A DNA stretch of 64,000 nt from Bacteroidaceae bacterium (GTDB lineage Bacteria; Bacteroidota; Bacteroidia; Bacteroidales; Bacteroidaceae): contig JAFTVE010000002.1 in assembly GCA_017465905.1 (NCBI GenBank), positions 14,865-78,864 of the forward strand. The letters are read 5' to 3'. The notes below the pieces were generated by a model that had not been told where the DNA came from, did not search any database, and worked only from the letters and a program-made list of their open reading frames with translations. Of this stretch, positions 61,927 to 64,000 are shown piece by piece; within the stretch, counting starts at the first letter, position 1; each line of letters opens with the position of its first letter. The translations under genes and the position numbers were made by a program.

Positions 61927-63129
61927 TTACTTGATGCCGAGCTTCTTGCGGAGAGCCTTGGGCACTGCGTCCTTATGAACGACGATGTTCATGGTCTTGT
62001 AGCGTGCGAATGCCTTTGAAGCATACCAGATGCCTTCGTACTTGCCGCTCTTGCCCCATGAGTTCTTTACCATGTAGTACTCATTGCCGGCCTGATCCTT
62101 GGCGATACCATAGATAAGCATACCGTGGTCATCGGTAGTCTCCCAATTGTCATAGCCGAGCTGACGCTCCTCTTGTGTGCACCATTTCTGGGGCTGGGGC
62201 TTCTCGTTGAGCTTCTTCTCTGCGGGAGAGAGCTTGAGCCAGTGTGCCATGTCTGAACCGCTGAGCTCCTGAGCCTTCTCTGCATCGGGCATTACAGCTA
62301 CACCATTACGTGTGAAGCCGCTTTCGCTCACGTCGGAACCCCATGCGATGGTGTAGCCATTCATGATGGCATTGTCAAATACCTCCATCAGCTCGTCGAT
62401 GGGGAGGTTGTATGACTGTGCCCAACGCCAGTTGTCCTGAATCTCAAGGACGAATGGCTCGTAGAAGGGGTGGTGTGTGTAAGAAGTAAGTGATACATAG
62501 TCGTCGGCGTTGAGGCCAGTAGACTCATAGTATGACTTCGGAGTGTACTCCTTACCGTTTACAGTGAAGCTCTCGGGACGCTCGCCGAGGTAGATGTCGT
62601 GAATACTCTCGATAGCCTTCTTCCAAAGCATGTTGCCCTCGGCATCGCTCTGAAGCTTGCTGTGGCGGCCCTTGGCGATAGCGGCTACAACAGCATCGCT
62701 TACAGCAGAGAGCTCGGTGTGGTTGCTCAATGAGTCGCCATACATGACACCGGGACGCATCTCAGCCTCGGGTACGAGACCGAAGTGCTCCATGCCATAG
62801 AGTACGTCGTAGAATGAACCGCCCTGTGAGAAAGAGGCGTCACCATGAGTGCGCACAGCCTTGTCGGCACGGTCAAGGTAGGTGTTGTGTACGATAAACA
62901 TTTCAGAGAAGTCGTACTCGCCCTTGCCCATACGGAGCAACTCGGCCTCGAGGAAAGCCATGGTAGAGTAGCACCAGCAAGTACCGGCACGGTTCTGATT
63001 CTTGATAGAGGTGATGGGATTCTCTTTCACGGTAGTGAATACGAAGCCCTCATCCTGCTTTGCATCTTGTGCGAAAGCACTGAAGGTTGCTAAACCTGCA
63101 AGTGCAATTGATAAAAAGCGCTTTGTCAT
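61927..63129 (-). CDS. C1-family aminopeptidase (PepC / bleomycin hydrolase type)
   Basis: NQNRAGTCWCYSTMAFLE has the catalytic Cys context. Has a signal peptide. -7 box at 63165-63172. Confidence 0.85.
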   Translation of the reverse strand: MTKRFLSIALAGLATFSAFAQDAKQDEGFVFTTVKENPITSIKNQNRAGTCWCYSTMAFLEAELLRMGKGEYDFSEMFIVHNTYLDRADKAVRTHGDASFSQGGSFYDVLYGMEHFGLVPEAEMRPGVMYGDSLSNHTELSAVSDAVVAAIAKGRHSKLQSDAEGNMLWKKAIESIHDIYLGERPESFTVNGKEYTPKSYYESTGLNADDYVSLTSYTHHPFYEPFVLEIQDNWRWAQSYNLPIDELMEVFDNAIMNGYTIAWGSDVSESGFTRNGVAVMPDAEKAQELSGSDMAHWLKLSPAEKKLNEKPQPQKWCTQEERQLGYDNWETTDDHGMLIYGIAKDQAGNEYYMVKNSWGKSGKYEGIWYASKAFARYKTMNIVVHKDAVPKALRKKLGIK

Positions 63130-63203
63130 ATTAATTTGTTGTTAGGTTATTGTTTTGTAGGGTGCAAAGGTAATAAAAACAAGCGAATAAAACCAAACGG
63201 CCT

Positions 63204-63725
63204 CTAAGAATCTTTGATTTTCTCTATTATCTTCTCGTCAATCTTCATGATGGCACTGCCAAGGAGGTCGACCTTGAGGGCAAAATAGTGCTTGCCCTTG
63301 CTGTGGGCGATGACACCTTCGAGGCCCGTCAGTGGCCCTTCGGTGATACGTACACGGTCGCCCTCCTTCAGGCGCTCTTCGGTGAAGTCGACTTGTTGGT
63401 TGGCGTTGGTGACGAAGAAGATGAGGGCCTGCATCTGGCTTTCGGGGATGTGGGCAGGGGTGGACTTGCCTGGGATGCAGACGGTGTATGTCACTGAACT
63501 CAGCTTAAGTACCTCGATGCGCTCCTTCTCCGTAGCATGCACGAAGATGAGTTGGGGAGTGAGTACACGATCCTTGATGACACGGCGGTCGTGCCATACG
63601 CGTACTTCACTGCGTACCGGCACGAAACACTCGATGCCCATCTTGGCAAGATTGTCCCTGGTCTTCAATTCGTGGAACAACCGTACGTGTATGGCAAACC
63701 AATATTTGGGTAGCTCTGTATTCAT
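63204..63725 (-). CDS. UpxY-family NusG-like transcription antiterminator
   Basis: WFAIHVRLFHELKTRDNLAKMGIECFVP (NGN domain) and GDRVRITEGPLTGLEGVI (KOW). Confidence 0.8.
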   Translation of the reverse strand: MNTELPKYWFAIHVRLFHELKTRDNLAKMGIECFVPVRSEVRVWHDRRVIKDRVLTPQLIFVHATEKERIEVLKLSSVTYTVCIPGKSTPAHIPESQMQALIFFVTNANQQVDFTEERLKEGDRVRITEGPLTGLEGVIAHSKGKHYFALKVDLLGSAIMKIDEKIIEKIKDS

Positions 63726-63734
63726 GTCGCTATA

Positions 63735-64000
63735 TTACCGCGCAGCATACATTCGTTCGTAGTAGTGTTGGTAGTCGCCGCTGGTAACTTCGTCGACCCA
63801 TGCCTGATTGTTGAGATACCACTCAATCGTTTTTACGATACCCACTTCGAAGCAGGTCTCAGGGTACCAGCCCAGTTCCTCCTTTATCTTGCTGGGGTCA
63901 ATGGCATAACGCTGGTCGTGTCCGAGGCGGTCTTTGACGAAGGTGATGAGATCATCGTTTATCCAGTCTATTGTAGGCAGTCCATCTTCTCCCTTGATGA
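63735..64000 (-). CDS. rfbB: dTDP-glucose 4,6-dehydratase, C-terminal fragment (gene continues beyond the window)
   Basis: Minus-strand translation ...[65 protein letters not shown] matches the RmlB/RfbB C-terminus. Confidence 0.75.
   Translation of the reverse strand, partial: IKGEDGLPTIDWINDDLITFVKDRLGHDQRYAIDPSKIKEELGWYPETCFEVGIVKTIEWYLNNQAWVDEVTSGDYQHYYERMYAAR

Noticed and set aside
63204-63725. UpxY as the first gene of a capsule locus inside this window.
   Set aside because: The next gene downstream on its strand is an aminopeptidase with its own promoter, while a dTDP-sugar gene lies upstream. Any polysaccharide locus must lie beyond the right edge, so nothing can be concluded here.

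Overview
This looks like a chromosomal segment of a Bacteroidota genome, order Bacteroidales and possibly Prevotellaceae-like. That placement is an inference from T9SS C-terminal sorting domains, a UpxY antiterminator, the DUF5683-parB-parA arrangement, a FISUMP-type lipoprotein, and TAnnTTTG -7 promoter boxes 20-40 nt upstream of most start codons. I call about 50 protein genes. Most are housekeeping: parAB, ribBA, lptFG-type permease, rsfS-ftsH-cdsA, lpxB, surE, murF-alr fusion, dxs, trkAH, valS, gmd-fcl, asd, and a flavodiiron protein plus a rubredoxin that the ORF track misses. There are also two tRNAs, pectin/xylan-type glycoside hydrolases, and two patches that look AT-richer by eye (about 12.7-15.4 kb and 51.4-58.9 kb). 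The patches encode T9SS cargo proteins, a C25 peptidase, an S74 tail-fibre-like protein, DUF3244 and a TPR membrane regulator. I saw no rRNA, CRISPR array, transposase, integrase or recognisable defence gene. The most unusual content is non-coding. (1) A hairpin element built from GAAAG words flanks a four-helix-bundle gene that splits parA from parB, and a shortened copy sits in frame inside valS. (2) Two palindrome arrays are phased at exactly 22 bp (2842-2943 and 51535-51620); the second lies inside a segment bounded by 37-38 bp inverted repeats upstream of gmd. (3) A 65-nt bipartite motif occurs twice with conserved flanks and a divergent central hairpin. (4) A G9 tract lies early in the regulator gene at the head of the T9SS cargo cluster. 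All functional readings of these elements are hypotheses that need genome-wide searches or experiments.
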